Assembly: GCA_965219875.1 (NCBI GenBank)
Contig: CBDCOW010000003.1
Span: 1,002,458-1,066,457, forward strand
DNA: 64,000 nucleotides
From: Dehalococcoidia bacterium
Lineage (GTDB): Bacteria > Chloroflexota > Dehalococcoidia > SHYB01
Direction: 5' to 3'
Below the pieces are notes generated by a model. That model was given only the letters and a program-made list of their open reading frames with translations, did no database searches and was not told the origin of the DNA. Made by a program: the position numbers and the translations under genes. Shown here piece after piece: positions 54,310 through 63,568 of this stretch. Numbering within the stretch: the first letter of the stretch is position 1; the number at the start of each line of letters is the position of its first letter.

Positions 54310-56082
54310 TTACCGCGTCCCCGGTGGGGCGACGCTGACCGTGATGATTTCGGTCCCGTGGAACTGTTGGTGCCGCACCGACGAGGCGTAGCGCCGTAGC
54401 AGCCGGAGTGAGATTTCGTGCTCCATCGGTGTCTCTTCGTCGTGCTGCTGCAGCTGCCGGATCCGGTCTTCCAGGTTCCCCTCTTCGCTGTCTCCGCCGA
54501 TGAACTCCATCTCAGCCACCGGGCCCTCGCTCGCCGCCAGCACGATCAGCCGCCGTCCCCCCTCCTCGTCGGCCTCCTCTTCCTCCTCTGCATCGAGGTC
54601 GAGACTCAAGTCCAGCGGGGCTAGCGTCAAGAGCGTCTCTTCGGCGACCGCGCTCAGCCGGTCCTTCATCGCGGAGTCCCAGCCCCTGCTGAGGGCGAAC
54701 TCCTCGACGAAAGCGTTGAGGTCCGGCAAGACGCTGCTGTCCAGCCGCGACTCGAAACGCATGCGGCGGGGCTGGGAAAGCTCCAGGAAGAGAATCATCG
54801 CGATCACGGCGATTCCCCCAGTCGTGATGCCGCTCTGGAGCAGGCCCTGCCATACCGCACCGAGGCTTGGCAGAGTGAACAGTTTGAACTGGAACGCCGC
54901 GCCGATCCAGAAAGCGACGCCCGCGGCGACGACCTTCTGCTTGTTCTGCTCGGTGTTAACAACCGTCTGCATTCCTGCCACCATGAGCGTTCCCGTCACC
55001 AGGATCAGGTAGCCGGTCATGACCGGCCCCGGAATGGTGCTGAGCAGTCCCGACACCTTCGGCACAAACGCCAGCGCGATGAAGATCGTTCCGATAATGT
55101 AGCCGACCCGCCGGGAGGCGACCCCGGTGATTTGCGTGAACGAAACAATCCCCGGATTGATCGCGGTCGGGACCGCGCCCGCGACGCCGGCAAAGAGGTT
55201 GGCGGCGCCGGACCCCGAGATCGCGCCTTGCACCTCACGAAAGTCGACCGCCCGGTCCTCACGCCGCGCCACCCGCTGGAGCGCGATAGCCTCGCCGTTG
55301 GCCTGAATGGAGTTGATCACGCCGAGGAACAAGAAGGCGGGGAGCAGCGTCCAGAAAGCGGTGCTGAAGTCGAGGGCTAGCCCCGGCGATTCGTTGGGCA
55401 GGCCAATCCAGGGGGCGTCGATCACCCGCTGGGCGTCGTAGATGCCGAAGGCCGCCGCGACGCCACAGCCAGCGACGATGCCGATCACCGGCGCCCAGAG
55501 GCGCCACACCGGCGAGCCGCGAAGGGTGAGGGCGCCGACGATGACCAGCGTCGTCAGCGCGGTCAAGGGCGCCGCCGTCGGCTCCTCCAGCGACGCCTCG
55601 TCCAAGAGACCGAATACGACGGAGGCCAGGGTGATCGAGAGGATCATCATCACCGTTCCGCCGACAGTCGGGGTGACGATGCGCCGCAAGATGAACAGCC
55701 ACCGGGAAATGATGAGTTGGACGATTGCGGCGGCCAGGATCAGGGTGGTCAGCGTCGCCGGCCCTCCGTCCACCAGCGCCGTGATACAGAACGGGATGGA
55801 GAACGCGGCGGTGAAGAATGGGAGAACGGTGGCGGCCCCAATCGGTCCCAGCCGGCGGACCTGCACCAAGGTAGCCGCGCCGACGACGAGCAGCGAGGCG
55901 AAGACCATCCACACCAGGTAGGACTCGCCCCTCCCCGATGCGTTGGCGACGATCACGGGTGTGATCAGCAGGGTGGCGGAGGCGATGAGGCTGAACTGCA
56001 GGCCCAGCCCCAAGGAGAGGAGCCAAGGCGCGTTCTCGTTCGCCTCGTACCGGGGATTCTCAGAAGCCGGCGCAGCGGTCAC
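54310..56082 (-). CDS. NCS2-family nucleobase:cation symporter (xanthine/uracil permease-like) with ~170-aa acidic cytoplasmic C-terminal extension
   Basis: 12-14 TM profile with NCS2-like TM1 (GLQFSLIASATLLITPVI) and a GxxxQ-containing core. The C-terminal tail has a DLDAEEEEEADEEGG acidic run. GTG start. Confidence 0.7.
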   Translation of the reverse strand: MTAAPASENPRYEANENAPWLLSLGLGLQFSLIASATLLITPVIVANASGRGESYLVWMVFASLLVVGAATLVQVRRLGPIGAATVLPFFTAAFSIPFCITALVDGGPATLTTLILAAAIVQLIISRWLFILRRIVTPTVGGTVMMILSITLASVVFGLLDEASLEEPTAAPLTALTTLVIVGALTLRGSPVWRLWAPVIGIVAGCGVAAAFGIYDAQRVIDAPWIGLPNESPGLALDFSTAFWTLLPAFLFLGVINSIQANGEAIALQRVARREDRAVDFREVQGAISGSGAANLFAGVAGAVPTAINPGIVSFTQITGVASRRVGYIIGTIFIALAFVPKVSGLLSTIPGPVMTGYLILVTGTLMVAGMQTVVNTEQNKQKVVAAGVAFWIGAAFQFKLFTLPSLGAVWQGLLQSGITTGGIAVIAMILFLELSQPRRMRFESRLDSSVLPDLNAFVEEFALSRGWDSAMKDRLSAVAEETLLTLAPLDLSLDLDAEEEEEADEEGGRRLIVLAASEGPVAEMEFIGGDSEEGNLEDRIRQLQQHDEETPMEHEISLRLLRRYASSVRHQQFHGTEIITVSVAPPGTR

Positions 56083-56099
56083 GATGGCCTCCCGAAGGC

Positions 56100-56138
56100 A
56101 CGCCGCCGATTATACTGTCCCCGCCATGGCCGACGCGC
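56100..56138 (+). repeat. 39-bp direct repeat copy 1 (ACGCCGCCGATTATACTGTCCCCGCCATGGCCGACGCGC)
   Basis: Identical to 56277..56315. Contains a TATACT -10-like hexamer and the first five codons (MADA.) of the dehalogenase gene. Confidence 0.7.
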
Positions 56139-56276
56139 TTGGCCGTCGATGAATGCGACAGTGTGCAAAAAAACACCCGCCCAGGGACATGGCCGAAACC
56201 ACGATCCAGCGGGCGGGGAGGAAGTCAACTCACCCTAGCATTCGAGGAGCGCTGCGGCAAGATCACTCCTCGGGGT

Positions 56277-56315
56277 ACGCCGCCGATTATACTGTCCCCG
56301 CCATGGCCGACGCGC
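56277..56315 (+). repeat. 39-bp direct repeat copy 2 (contains dehalogenase start codon)
   Basis: Perfect identity to copy 1, 177 bp downstream. Confidence 0.7.
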
Positions 56316-57214
56316 CGCCCGACGCGATCTCCGCCGACTTCCCGTTCGAGTCCCGTTATGCGGCCGTCGACGGAGTGCGCCTGCACTACGTCGATGAAGG
56401 TTCGGGGCCGCCGGTGCTCTTCCTCCACGGCAGTCCGACGTGGTCGTACATCTGGCGCAACGTCATCCCGCACCTCTCCTCCCGCTTCCGCTGCGTGGCC
56501 CTTGACCTAGCCGGGATGGGGATGTCGGAGAAGCCCGATATCGAGTACCGGTTCTTCGACCACGCCCGCTACGTCGAAGGCTTCATCGCCTCCCTCGGCC
56601 TGCGCGATCTCGTCCTGGTCATGCACGACTGGGGCTCCAAGCTCGGCTTCCACTACGCGCGGCGGCACGAGCCCAACGTGCGGGCCGCGGCGCTGCTCGG
56701 CTCGATGTTTATGCCCATAGCCTCGTGGAACGACATCCCCGACGACTTCCGCGAGACCCTGCGGGCGTGGCGCGGCGACGCCGGTTGGGAGATGATCGTC
56801 CAGCGCAACGTCTTCTTCGAGAATGTCCTGCCGTCGGGAGTCGTGCGGACGCTGACCGAAGAAGAGCTTCGCCGCTATCGCGCCCCCTACGCCGACGAAG
56901 CGGCGCGGCGGGTCTTGTGGCAATGGCCCCGCGAGATACCCATCGAGGGCGAACCCGCCGACACCGCGGCCGCCATGACCGCGGTCAACGACTGGCTCCA
57001 CGCAACCCGTACCCCCATGCTGCTGTTCCACGCGACGCCGGGCGGGCTGGGTCAAGCTCCGATGGTCGAATGGCTGCGGTCGAACGTGGCGAACATCGAG
57101 ACGGTGCACCTCGGCGAAGGGGTGCACTTCCTCCAAGAGGACCACCCTCACCGCATCGGACGCGAGTTCTCCCGCTGGCTCGCCGCCCTCGACCTTTCGC
57201 CCAACGGCCCCTAA
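56303..57214 (+). CDS. Haloalkane dehalogenase family alpha/beta-hydrolase
   Basis: HGSPTWSYIWRN (HGNPTSSYLWRN-type), nucleophile elbow MHDWGS and cap-domain Trp are haloalkane dehalogenase hallmarks. Confidence 0.8.
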   Translation: MADAPPDAISADFPFESRYAAVDGVRLHYVDEGSGPPVLFLHGSPTWSYIWRNVIPHLSSRFRCVALDLAGMGMSEKPDIEYRFFDHARYVEGFIASLGLRDLVLVMHDWGSKLGFHYARRHEPNVRAAALLGSMFMPIASWNDIPDDFRETLRAWRGDAGWEMIVQRNVFFENVLPSGVVRTLTEEELRRYRAPYADEAARRVLWQWPREIPIEGEPADTAAAMTAVNDWLHATRTPMLLFHATPGGLGQAPMVEWLRSNVANIETVHLGEGVHFLQEDHPHRIGREFSRWLAALDLSPNGP

Positions 57215-57250
57215 GCTAGAGCGGGCCGCGCCCTCACCCAACATGGAGGC

Positions 57251-58060
57251 ATGATGAGCTACGAGACCGTCCTTCTCGAAAAGACCGATCACCTGGCGAC
57301 GCTGACCCTCAACCGGCCCGGCCGGCTCAACGCGCTCAACGACACCATGTTCGAAGAGCTGATCGACGCCCTCGACAACGTGGCCAAGGACGACGACGTG
57401 CGTGCCATGATCCTGACCGGGGCCGGCCGCGCCTTCTGCGCCTCGGCGGACGTGAAGGAAGAGCCCCAGGGCGGCGACCGCTTCTTCAGCAAGAAGACCT
57501 TCTCCGAAATCTACGAGCACATCCGCAAGTACCCGCAGCAGGTCACCCTCGGCATCCACCACATGCCCAAGCCCACCATCGCGGCGGTGAATGGGCTGGC
57601 CATCGGCGACGGCTTCGACTTCGTCCTCGCCTGCGACATCCGCATCGGCTGCGAGCACACGCGGTTCATGAACGCCTTTCTCCAGATGGGCCTGATTTCC
57701 AATACGGGGACGTCGTGGTTCCTGCCCCGCACCGTCGGCATCAACAAGGCGTTCGAGCTCCTCTACACCGCCGACTGGCTGGAGGCGGAGGATGCCCTCA
57801 ACGCCGGCGTGCTCAACCGCCTGGTCCCCGCCGACAAGCTCTTGGAGGAGGCGACAGCGCTGGCCCGCCGCATCCTCGAACGCCCGCCCGTCCCGAACAA
57901 GCTCATCAAGCCGCTCGTCTTTCGGGGGCTCAACGAGAGCCTCGACGCGCATCTCCTCAGCGCGGCGGAGGTCGAGGTGCTGACCCTGTCGACGGAGGAC
58001 CACAAGGAGGCCCTGGGGGCCTTCCTGAACAAGCGCCAGCCGAAGTTCCGGGGCCGCTAG
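57251..58060 (+). CDS. Enoyl-CoA hydratase/isomerase family protein
   Basis: ATLTLNRPGRLNAL...ILTGAGRAFCASADVKE...IAAVNGLAIGDGFDFVLACDIRI. Confidence 0.85.
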   Translation: MMSYETVLLEKTDHLATLTLNRPGRLNALNDTMFEELIDALDNVAKDDDVRAMILTGAGRAFCASADVKEEPQGGDRFFSKKTFSEIYEHIRKYPQQVTLGIHHMPKPTIAAVNGLAIGDGFDFVLACDIRIGCEHTRFMNAFLQMGLISNTGTSWFLPRTVGINKAFELLYTADWLEAEDALNAGVLNRLVPADKLLEEATALARRILERPPVPNKLIKPLVFRGLNESLDAHLLSAAEVEVLTLSTEDHKEALGAFLNKRQPKFRGR

Positions 58061-58908
58061 CCGGCGCGGATGAAGCCGGAGATCGTCTCCGCCAGGTCGG
58101 CGGCGAGCCACTCCGCGGCGTTGTGGTCGCTCTGCGGCATCTCCAACACCGAGCAGTCGGGAAGGTAGTCCTTCGCGATGGCGGCCCGCTTGCAGAAGAC
58201 GGGCTCGGTGTGGCTATCGACCTGGACGAAGAGCATCGGCGCCTTGATGAGGGACAGGCGCGACTGCCAGTCGTAGGTGAAGACGACCTCGTAGATACGG
58301 GGCGCGTTCTCCCCGATCTGCGCGATGTCGAGCATAGCCAGACGCAGGAACTCCCGCTCCTCGTCCGATAGGTCCGGCGAGGGCGTGACGCCGGTGTTGA
58401 ACCACTTGTTCATCACCTGGCTGTAGGCCCAGGCCCACTGCCGCTGAAAGTGCGAGCCGTCCGGTGCCGCCTCGACGAGCTTGCGCGTCTTGGGGACGGC
58501 CCAGTTGAACGCCGTCTCCCGCTCCTCGCCCCGCTCGGTGAACGTGTAGCCCATGACCACGAGGCGCCGCATCCGGTCGGGCCACGAGGCCGCGACCTCG
58601 CCCGCCACCAGCGAGCCGGTATGGCAGCCGAAGAAGTCGCTGGACTCGAGGCCGAGCGCGTCCATGACGTGGACCACGTTCCGCGCCAGGTCTTGGAGAT
58701 CGAATGCCTCCGCCGGCAGCGGGCCCGAGCTCCCGGACCCCAGCATGTCGAGGGCAAAGACGCGATGATGCTCGGCAAGCAAGGGAGTCATCGCAAGGAA
58801 CTCGCGCGAAGAGCGCGGGTTCTGATGCAACAAGATCAGCGGTTCGCCGTCGCCGGCGGTGATGTAGTGAATCTGTCCCTCGGGGGTGCTGGCGTAGCCA
58901 TGTTCCAT
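58057..58908 (-). CDS. Alpha/beta-hydrolase fold protein (paralogue of 52268..53134; H-T-G elbow)
   Basis: LILLHQNPRSSREF...FFGCHTGSLVAG. ATG 58908 after GGAG. The upstream 22 codons of the track ORF are unlikely. Confidence 0.75.
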   Translation of the reverse strand: MEHGYASTPEGQIHYITAGDGEPLILLHQNPRSSREFLAMTPLLAEHHRVFALDMLGSGSSGPLPAEAFDLQDLARNVVHVMDALGLESSDFFGCHTGSLVAGEVAASWPDRMRRLVVMGYTFTERGEERETAFNWAVPKTRKLVEAAPDGSHFQRQWAWAYSQVMNKWFNTGVTPSPDLSDEEREFLRLAMLDIAQIGENAPRIYEVVFTYDWQSRLSLIKAPMLFVQVDSHTEPVFCKRAAIAKDYLPDCSVLEMPQSDHNAAEWLAADLAETISGFIRAG

Positions 58909-58912
58909 CGTG

Positions 58913-59917
58913 CTACTCCGTCGCGCCGTCCATGGCGTCGATGATCGATTGAATGTACCGGTCCTCGTCATACCCCTCGCGCGGCGGGAAGGGGTAGAGG
59001 ATAGGCAGATCCACGCCGGCGGCGCGAAACTCCTCGACGCGCTCCTTGGTGCGGTCGTAGCCCGCCGCTACGGGAAGCTGATCGAGCATGTCCTCGGTCA
59101 CGAAGGAGGCCGCCGCGCGCGAGTCGCCGCGCTCCCAGGCCTCCTTGAAGCCCGCCGCCTGTTCGCGATAGCCAAGCTCCTCGTAGTGGTTCCGGTACCG
59201 GTCCAGCCAAGCATAGAAGGCGATCGCGTCGATGATGTCGCTCCGGGCCTGTGCCTCGTCGCGGTCCGGTACGCACATGATGAAGGAGCCCACGTCGATC
59301 TCCGACGGATCGCGGCCGGCCTCGCGAGCCCCCTCGGCGATGGCCTCGCGGATGCGGCCCACGTGGTCCTTGTCCGCGAGGTGGAGGATGACGCCGTCGG
59401 CGATCCGCCCCGCGATGCGGGCCATGTAGGTCCCGACGACGCCCATGTATATCGGCACGTCGAAGGGGGCGCCCTCCGCCTGGATGCGCAGCCCGTCGAC
59501 GCCGCACGCCTTGCCGCGATAGGTAACCGACTCGCCGGTGAGGAGCCGCCGCACGATCTCCACGTACTCCCGCGTCCGCGTGATGGGCTTGTCGTACGGT
59601 ATCTGGTGGACCACCTCGATCAGCCGCTGATGGCTGCTGCCGATCCCGAGGGTGAAACGCCCGCCGCTGACGTGGTGCAGCGTCGCCGCGCCCAGCCCCA
59701 CCAGTCCGGGCGACCGGGTGAAGGCGCTGATGACGGCGGTACCGAGCCTGACGCCCTCGGTCCGCACGGCGACCGCCGAGAGGTAAGTGAAGGCGTCCCA
59801 GTCCTGCCCCTCGTGGAACCAGCAGATCTCCAGGCCGCGGTCGTTGGCGGCGCGAACGACCTCGACCATGCGGTCAACGGGGAGCGGTGCGTCGATTTGG
59901 AGTCCAAGTCTCGGCAT
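58913..59917 (-). CDS. LLM-class (luciferase-like) flavin/F420-dependent oxidoreductase
   Basis: TIM-barrel LLM pattern (LGLQIDAP...EICWFHEG...LGTAVISAFTRSP...FTLGIGSSHQ). Confidence 0.85.
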   Translation of the reverse strand: MPRLGLQIDAPLPVDRMVEVVRAANDRGLEICWFHEGQDWDAFTYLSAVAVRTEGVRLGTAVISAFTRSPGLVGLGAATLHHVSGGRFTLGIGSSHQRLIEVVHQIPYDKPITRTREYVEIVRRLLTGESVTYRGKACGVDGLRIQAEGAPFDVPIYMGVVGTYMARIAGRIADGVILHLADKDHVGRIREAIAEGAREAGRDPSEIDVGSFIMCVPDRDEAQARSDIIDAIAFYAWLDRYRNHYEELGYREQAAGFKEAWERGDSRAAASFVTEDMLDQLPVAAGYDRTKERVEEFRAAGVDLPILYPFPPREGYDEDRYIQSIIDAMDGATE

Positions 59918-59919
59918 GA

Positions 59920-60825
59920 TTAGAAAACCGCGATGGGGTTGAGCGGCGAGCCCGTGCCCCCCACGACGTTGAGCGGGGCCGCGGTCAGCATGAACTCGTA
60001 GCGGCCCTCCTCCTCGCAGGCCTGGGCGAGGGGTTCGAGCAGGCAGCTATCGAGCAGCACAATACCGAAGGTGAAGAGAGCGGTGTGCGGTGTGTTGTCG
60101 CGTGTCCCGTATTCGTTGGGGAAGGCGTCGTGCATGTCCCAGGCGAGGACGGCGACGTCGCGCTCGCGGAGGAACTTGTTGCACGAAGCGCCGAGTCCGG
60201 GCCGGCTCCCCTCCGTCCTGTACGCGCCCCCGGCCCCGCGCCCCGAGTAGACCACCACCGCGTCGCCGGGCCCGACCTCCAGGCCGAGCTGCTCGACGAT
60301 TTCGTCGAGCTCCCAGTTGAGCACGGGGGTATCCGGCGTGACGCAGGGGACGCCGCGGTACTTGGGCACGTTGAGGAAGACGCCGCGGGTGAGGATGCCT
60401 TCCGACCAAGCCTCGATGCCGCCGGAGGTCGCGCCCCGCGTGGTGATCATCTTGTCGGGGTCGACGCCGTCCCAGCCGCCCCCTTCGACGTCCCAGAGGT
60501 GGCAGAGCGCGTCGACGTGGGTGGTGGAGACGGTGTGATAGTCGGTGCCGTAGAAGTCGCAGGCCTCGCCCCGCAGGCCGCGGTCGATGGTGTAGGTGTA
60601 GTGAAGGGCGGGGCGCTCATTGTCGGGGCCCGCCACGGTGGGAAAGACCTGACTGAGTGAGACCTGCCGCCCCTTCTTCACCAGGCTCGCGGCCTGGACG
60701 ACCTTCTCCGGCGTCACCAAGTTCATCGTGCCCTTGGCGCCGTTCTCGCCCCACCGGCCCCAGTTCCGGCCCTCGTTCATTAGCTTTTCGAGCTCCGCTT
60801 CGGTGGGCAGTCGGGGGTCTGGCAT
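59920..60825 (-). CDS. Cyclase-family protein (kynurenine-formamidase-like metal hydrolase)
   Basis: HVDALCHLWD matches the cyclase-family HxGTHxDAxxH metal-binding motif region. Confidence 0.75.
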   Translation of the reverse strand: MPDPRLPTEAELEKLMNEGRNWGRWGENGAKGTMNLVTPEKVVQAASLVKKGRQVSLSQVFPTVAGPDNERPALHYTYTIDRGLRGEACDFYGTDYHTVSTTHVDALCHLWDVEGGGWDGVDPDKMITTRGATSGGIEAWSEGILTRGVFLNVPKYRGVPCVTPDTPVLNWELDEIVEQLGLEVGPGDAVVVYSGRGAGGAYRTEGSRPGLGASCNKFLRERDVAVLAWDMHDAFPNEYGTRDNTPHTALFTFGIVLLDSCLLEPLAQACEEEGRYEFMLTAAPLNVVGGTGSPLNPIAVF

Positions 60826-60867
60826 CGCTTCGCTCTCCTTGGGCCGCTTGGCCGCCGTAGGTTGGGG

Positions 60868-62019
60868 TTAGTCGCTGGACAGCAACTCAGGGCCGTCGGC
60901 CCGCACCAGGAGTTGGTCGCCCCAGATGCCGCAGGAGCCGGTCTCGGCCTGGATCAGCAGCGGGTGCATGACCATGTAGGCGTTCTCGGGAATGACGGTG
61001 TCGTCGGTGGCGGTGATGCTGAAGCCTTCGCCAATCGTCATGCCGAGACCGTGACCGAACCGGACGCCCGAATAGTCGAACCCATAGCTCTGGGCCACGG
61101 CCAAGCCCGCGGCGTAGAGCTCCTTGGGCGTGACGCCCGGCCTCACCAGCGTAAGCATCTTCTCGTGGGCCGCCTTGGCGGCGTCCCGTATGCGGAGCTT
61201 CTCGGCGCTCGTCCCGCCGACGGCGGCAGTGCGGCAGACCTGTCCGTAGTAGCCCTCGTAGCGCGCGTTGACTTCGAGCGCCACGATATCGTCGTCCTCG
61301 AACACTAGGTCGTGGCGCTGATGGCCCCAGACCCAAGGCTCGCCCGCGCTCATGTAGAGGCCTACGAGCTCGGCCCCGGCCATCCGCGCGGCATGCTCGC
61401 AGAGCGCCACCGCGTCGGCTTGGCGCACCCCCGGCTTCGCCGCCTCCAAGAAGGCGTCCATGCCGACCTTCGACACCCGCGCCGCCTCCCGGATATAGGG
61501 CTCCTCGGCCGCCGACCGTGCCAGCGCCGCCTTGTGCACCAGGCCGGAGACGTCCACTAGCTCGGCCCGCGGCAGCGCCCGCCGCAGCCCGTCGATCGTG
61601 GTGTAGGGAAGGAAGCGCATGCCGTCGATGCCGAGCTTGCCCTCGGAGAAGCCGCCCTCCGCCAACGCCTCCGCGATAGAGGCATCCCAGTCGCGGGGCG
61701 AGCCCGAGCCCACGTTGGCCTTCACGTTGGGGACCGGCGAGCGCCGCCGCGCCAGCCCCACCTGGCAGTTGGCGAACCCGCTGCCGATGACCAAGGTGGG
61801 GTCGGCGTCGAGGGTGTCCACCAGTACCGACAGCAGCGCCGAGTCGACGACGTTGAAGAAGTTGGTCAGATAGCGGACCGTGCCGCCCTCGACGATGCTG
61901 TCGGAATCGACGACGACCAGGGCGGAAAGTCCTCGGGCCCGCGCGGCCGCGCGGGCGTTTTCGATGCGGCGCGAGAGCTCCTGAGCGTCGAATGGTGTGT
62001 GCGTGGCGTTGACCATCAT
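60868..62019 (-). CDS. M24 family metallopeptidase (Xaa-Pro dipeptidase/creatinase-like)
   Basis: Pita-bread C-domain with DIVALEVNARYEGYYGQ, HGLGMTIGE, VMHPLL metal-ligand blocks. Confidence 0.85.
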   Translation of the reverse strand: MMVNATHTPFDAQELSRRIENARAAARARGLSALVVVDSDSIVEGGTVRYLTNFFNVVDSALLSVLVDTLDADPTLVIGSGFANCQVGLARRRSPVPNVKANVGSGSPRDWDASIAEALAEGGFSEGKLGIDGMRFLPYTTIDGLRRALPRAELVDVSGLVHKAALARSAAEEPYIREAARVSKVGMDAFLEAAKPGVRQADAVALCEHAARMAGAELVGLYMSAGEPWVWGHQRHDLVFEDDDIVALEVNARYEGYYGQVCRTAAVGGTSAEKLRIRDAAKAAHEKMLTLVRPGVTPKELYAAGLAVAQSYGFDYSGVRFGHGLGMTIGEGFSITATDDTVIPENAYMVMHPLLIQAETGSCGIWGDQLLVRADGPELLSSD

Positions 62020-62040
62020 TGCTGCTCCTGCGAAACGTCG

Positions 62041-63258
62041 CTAGCCGATCCAGGGCCGGCCCGCGTTCAGGCGCATCTCGATTTCCCGTCCGATGGAGAG
62101 GTTGAGCACCTTGTGACCGCCCTCGCCGTGCTGAATGCCGATGGCGTCCCGCACCAGCTTCTCGATGGGCACCCCACGGATCACGCCGTAGCCGCCGAAC
62201 AGGTCGAGCGAGTGCAGCGCGATCTTCAGCGCGGTCTCGGCACAGAAGACGCGGTTGGCCTTCAGGAGGTTGCGGTCGATCTCCTCCCCGTGACTCACCA
62301 TCCACGCCGCGCGCCAGATCAGGCTCCGCGCCGCCTGCAGCGAGGTGTACATCTCCGCTATGGAATGCGCCACCGCCTGGTGCTGGATGATGTTCTTGCC
62401 GCCCTGACGCCGCCCGTTGGCGTGGTTGACCCCGGCGTCGAGCGCCGCCCGCGCCAGCGCCACGAGGTGCGCCGGGACTTCGATGTTCCCCGCGGCCTGA
62501 TACCGGCCCAGCTCCGGCGGCAGGTAGGCCTCGCGGCCCCCAAGCAGGTTCGCCGCGGGAATCCTGGCGTCGTCGAAGAACAGCTCGGCCTGGTGGTAGG
62601 CGCGCCACCCGATCTTGTCGTGGACCGTGCCCACCCGGACGCCGGGCGTCCCCTTCTCGACGATGAGGTAGCTGACCCCCTCCGAGGCGCGGACGCTGGG
62701 GTCGGTGCGCACCCGGGGAATCCAGACCGAGGCGTTGTCGACGTGCGACCCCCACTGCTTCACCCCGTTGACGACATAGTGGTCGCCGTCGCGGATCGCG
62801 GTGGTCATGATCCCCTCGCCGGCGGGCGCGTCGTAGTAGCCCATCACGTCGGCCCCTACGTTGGGCTCGGTGACGGGGAAGGAGAGAAGGAAGTCGTCCT
62901 CGTCGCGGTAGCGGGGAAGGTAGCGCTCTTTCTGGTCCTCCGTGCCCGCGACGAAGAGCAGCGGGGCGATCTTCCAGTTCTGCGAGAAGATCTTGGAGCA
63001 GCTCACGTCCTCGTACGCCAATTCGTCGATGACGATGAGCTGGGAGAGCGCATCGGCGCCGACGCCGCCCCATTCGGTGGGGAGGGTCAACGTCCGCAGG
63101 CCGAGCTGCGAGCCTTTTTTGATCAGGTCCCAGGGGAAGTTGTCGGCGACCTCGCCTTGGTCCATCGCCATGGCGACGGGGCGGATCTCGTTGCGGGCGA
63201 AGTCGCGCGCCAGCCGTTGGAGGGCGCGCTGCTCCTCGGTCAGGTCGAATTCGAGCAT
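62041..63258 (-). CDS. Acyl-CoA dehydrogenase
   Basis: MLEFDLTEEQRALQRLARDFARNEI N-terminus and GGYGVIRGVPIEKLVRDA C-terminal signature. ATG 63258. The longer track ORF runs into a repeat element. Confidence 0.9.
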   Translation of the reverse strand: MLEFDLTEEQRALQRLARDFARNEIRPVAMAMDQGEVADNFPWDLIKKGSQLGLRTLTLPTEWGGVGADALSQLIVIDELAYEDVSCSKIFSQNWKIAPLLFVAGTEDQKERYLPRYRDEDDFLLSFPVTEPNVGADVMGYYDAPAGEGIMTTAIRDGDHYVVNGVKQWGSHVDNASVWIPRVRTDPSVRASEGVSYLIVEKGTPGVRVGTVHDKIGWRAYHQAELFFDDARIPAANLLGGREAYLPPELGRYQAAGNIEVPAHLVALARAALDAGVNHANGRRQGGKNIIQHQAVAHSIAEMYTSLQAARSLIWRAAWMVSHGEEIDRNLLKANRVFCAETALKIALHSLDLFGGYGVIRGVPIEKLVRDAIGIQHGEGGHKVLNLSIGREIEMRLNAGRPWIG

Positions 63259-63306
63259 AGCGCGCCATAGTGTACACGCTCCCGCGACGAGCGGGGCCTC
63301 CCCCTC

Positions 63307-63475
63307 CCCAAGGAGACCTTTGCGTAACTGGGACTTGACCACACGGGTGGCGGTCTTCGATAGGGTGTGGCGGTTGCGAGGGGGCCCCTCATCTCAATCT
63401 TCTCCCGGGGGGAGAAGAGGCAAGACCTCCCGGCTCCACCCATCTCAGCCCTCGGACGGGTCAACGTAAGGGTCT
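63307..63475 (-). repeat. Inverted single copy of the 172-bp MITE-like unit with both TIRs
   Basis: 63340..63440 is the reverse complement of the array-unit core (CGAGGGGGCCCCTCATCTCAATCTTCTCCC...). TIRs AGGAGACCTTTGCGTAAC and GTCAACGTAAGGGTCTCC at the ends. Confidence 0.7.
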
Positions 63476-63568
63476 CCAAAGGAGCGAAAACACTCCCCTC
63501 TGATACAATGGCTTACAAACCAGGGACGCCGGAAGCCGCCGGCGTCCCTTTCGAGCGCACACCGCCCC

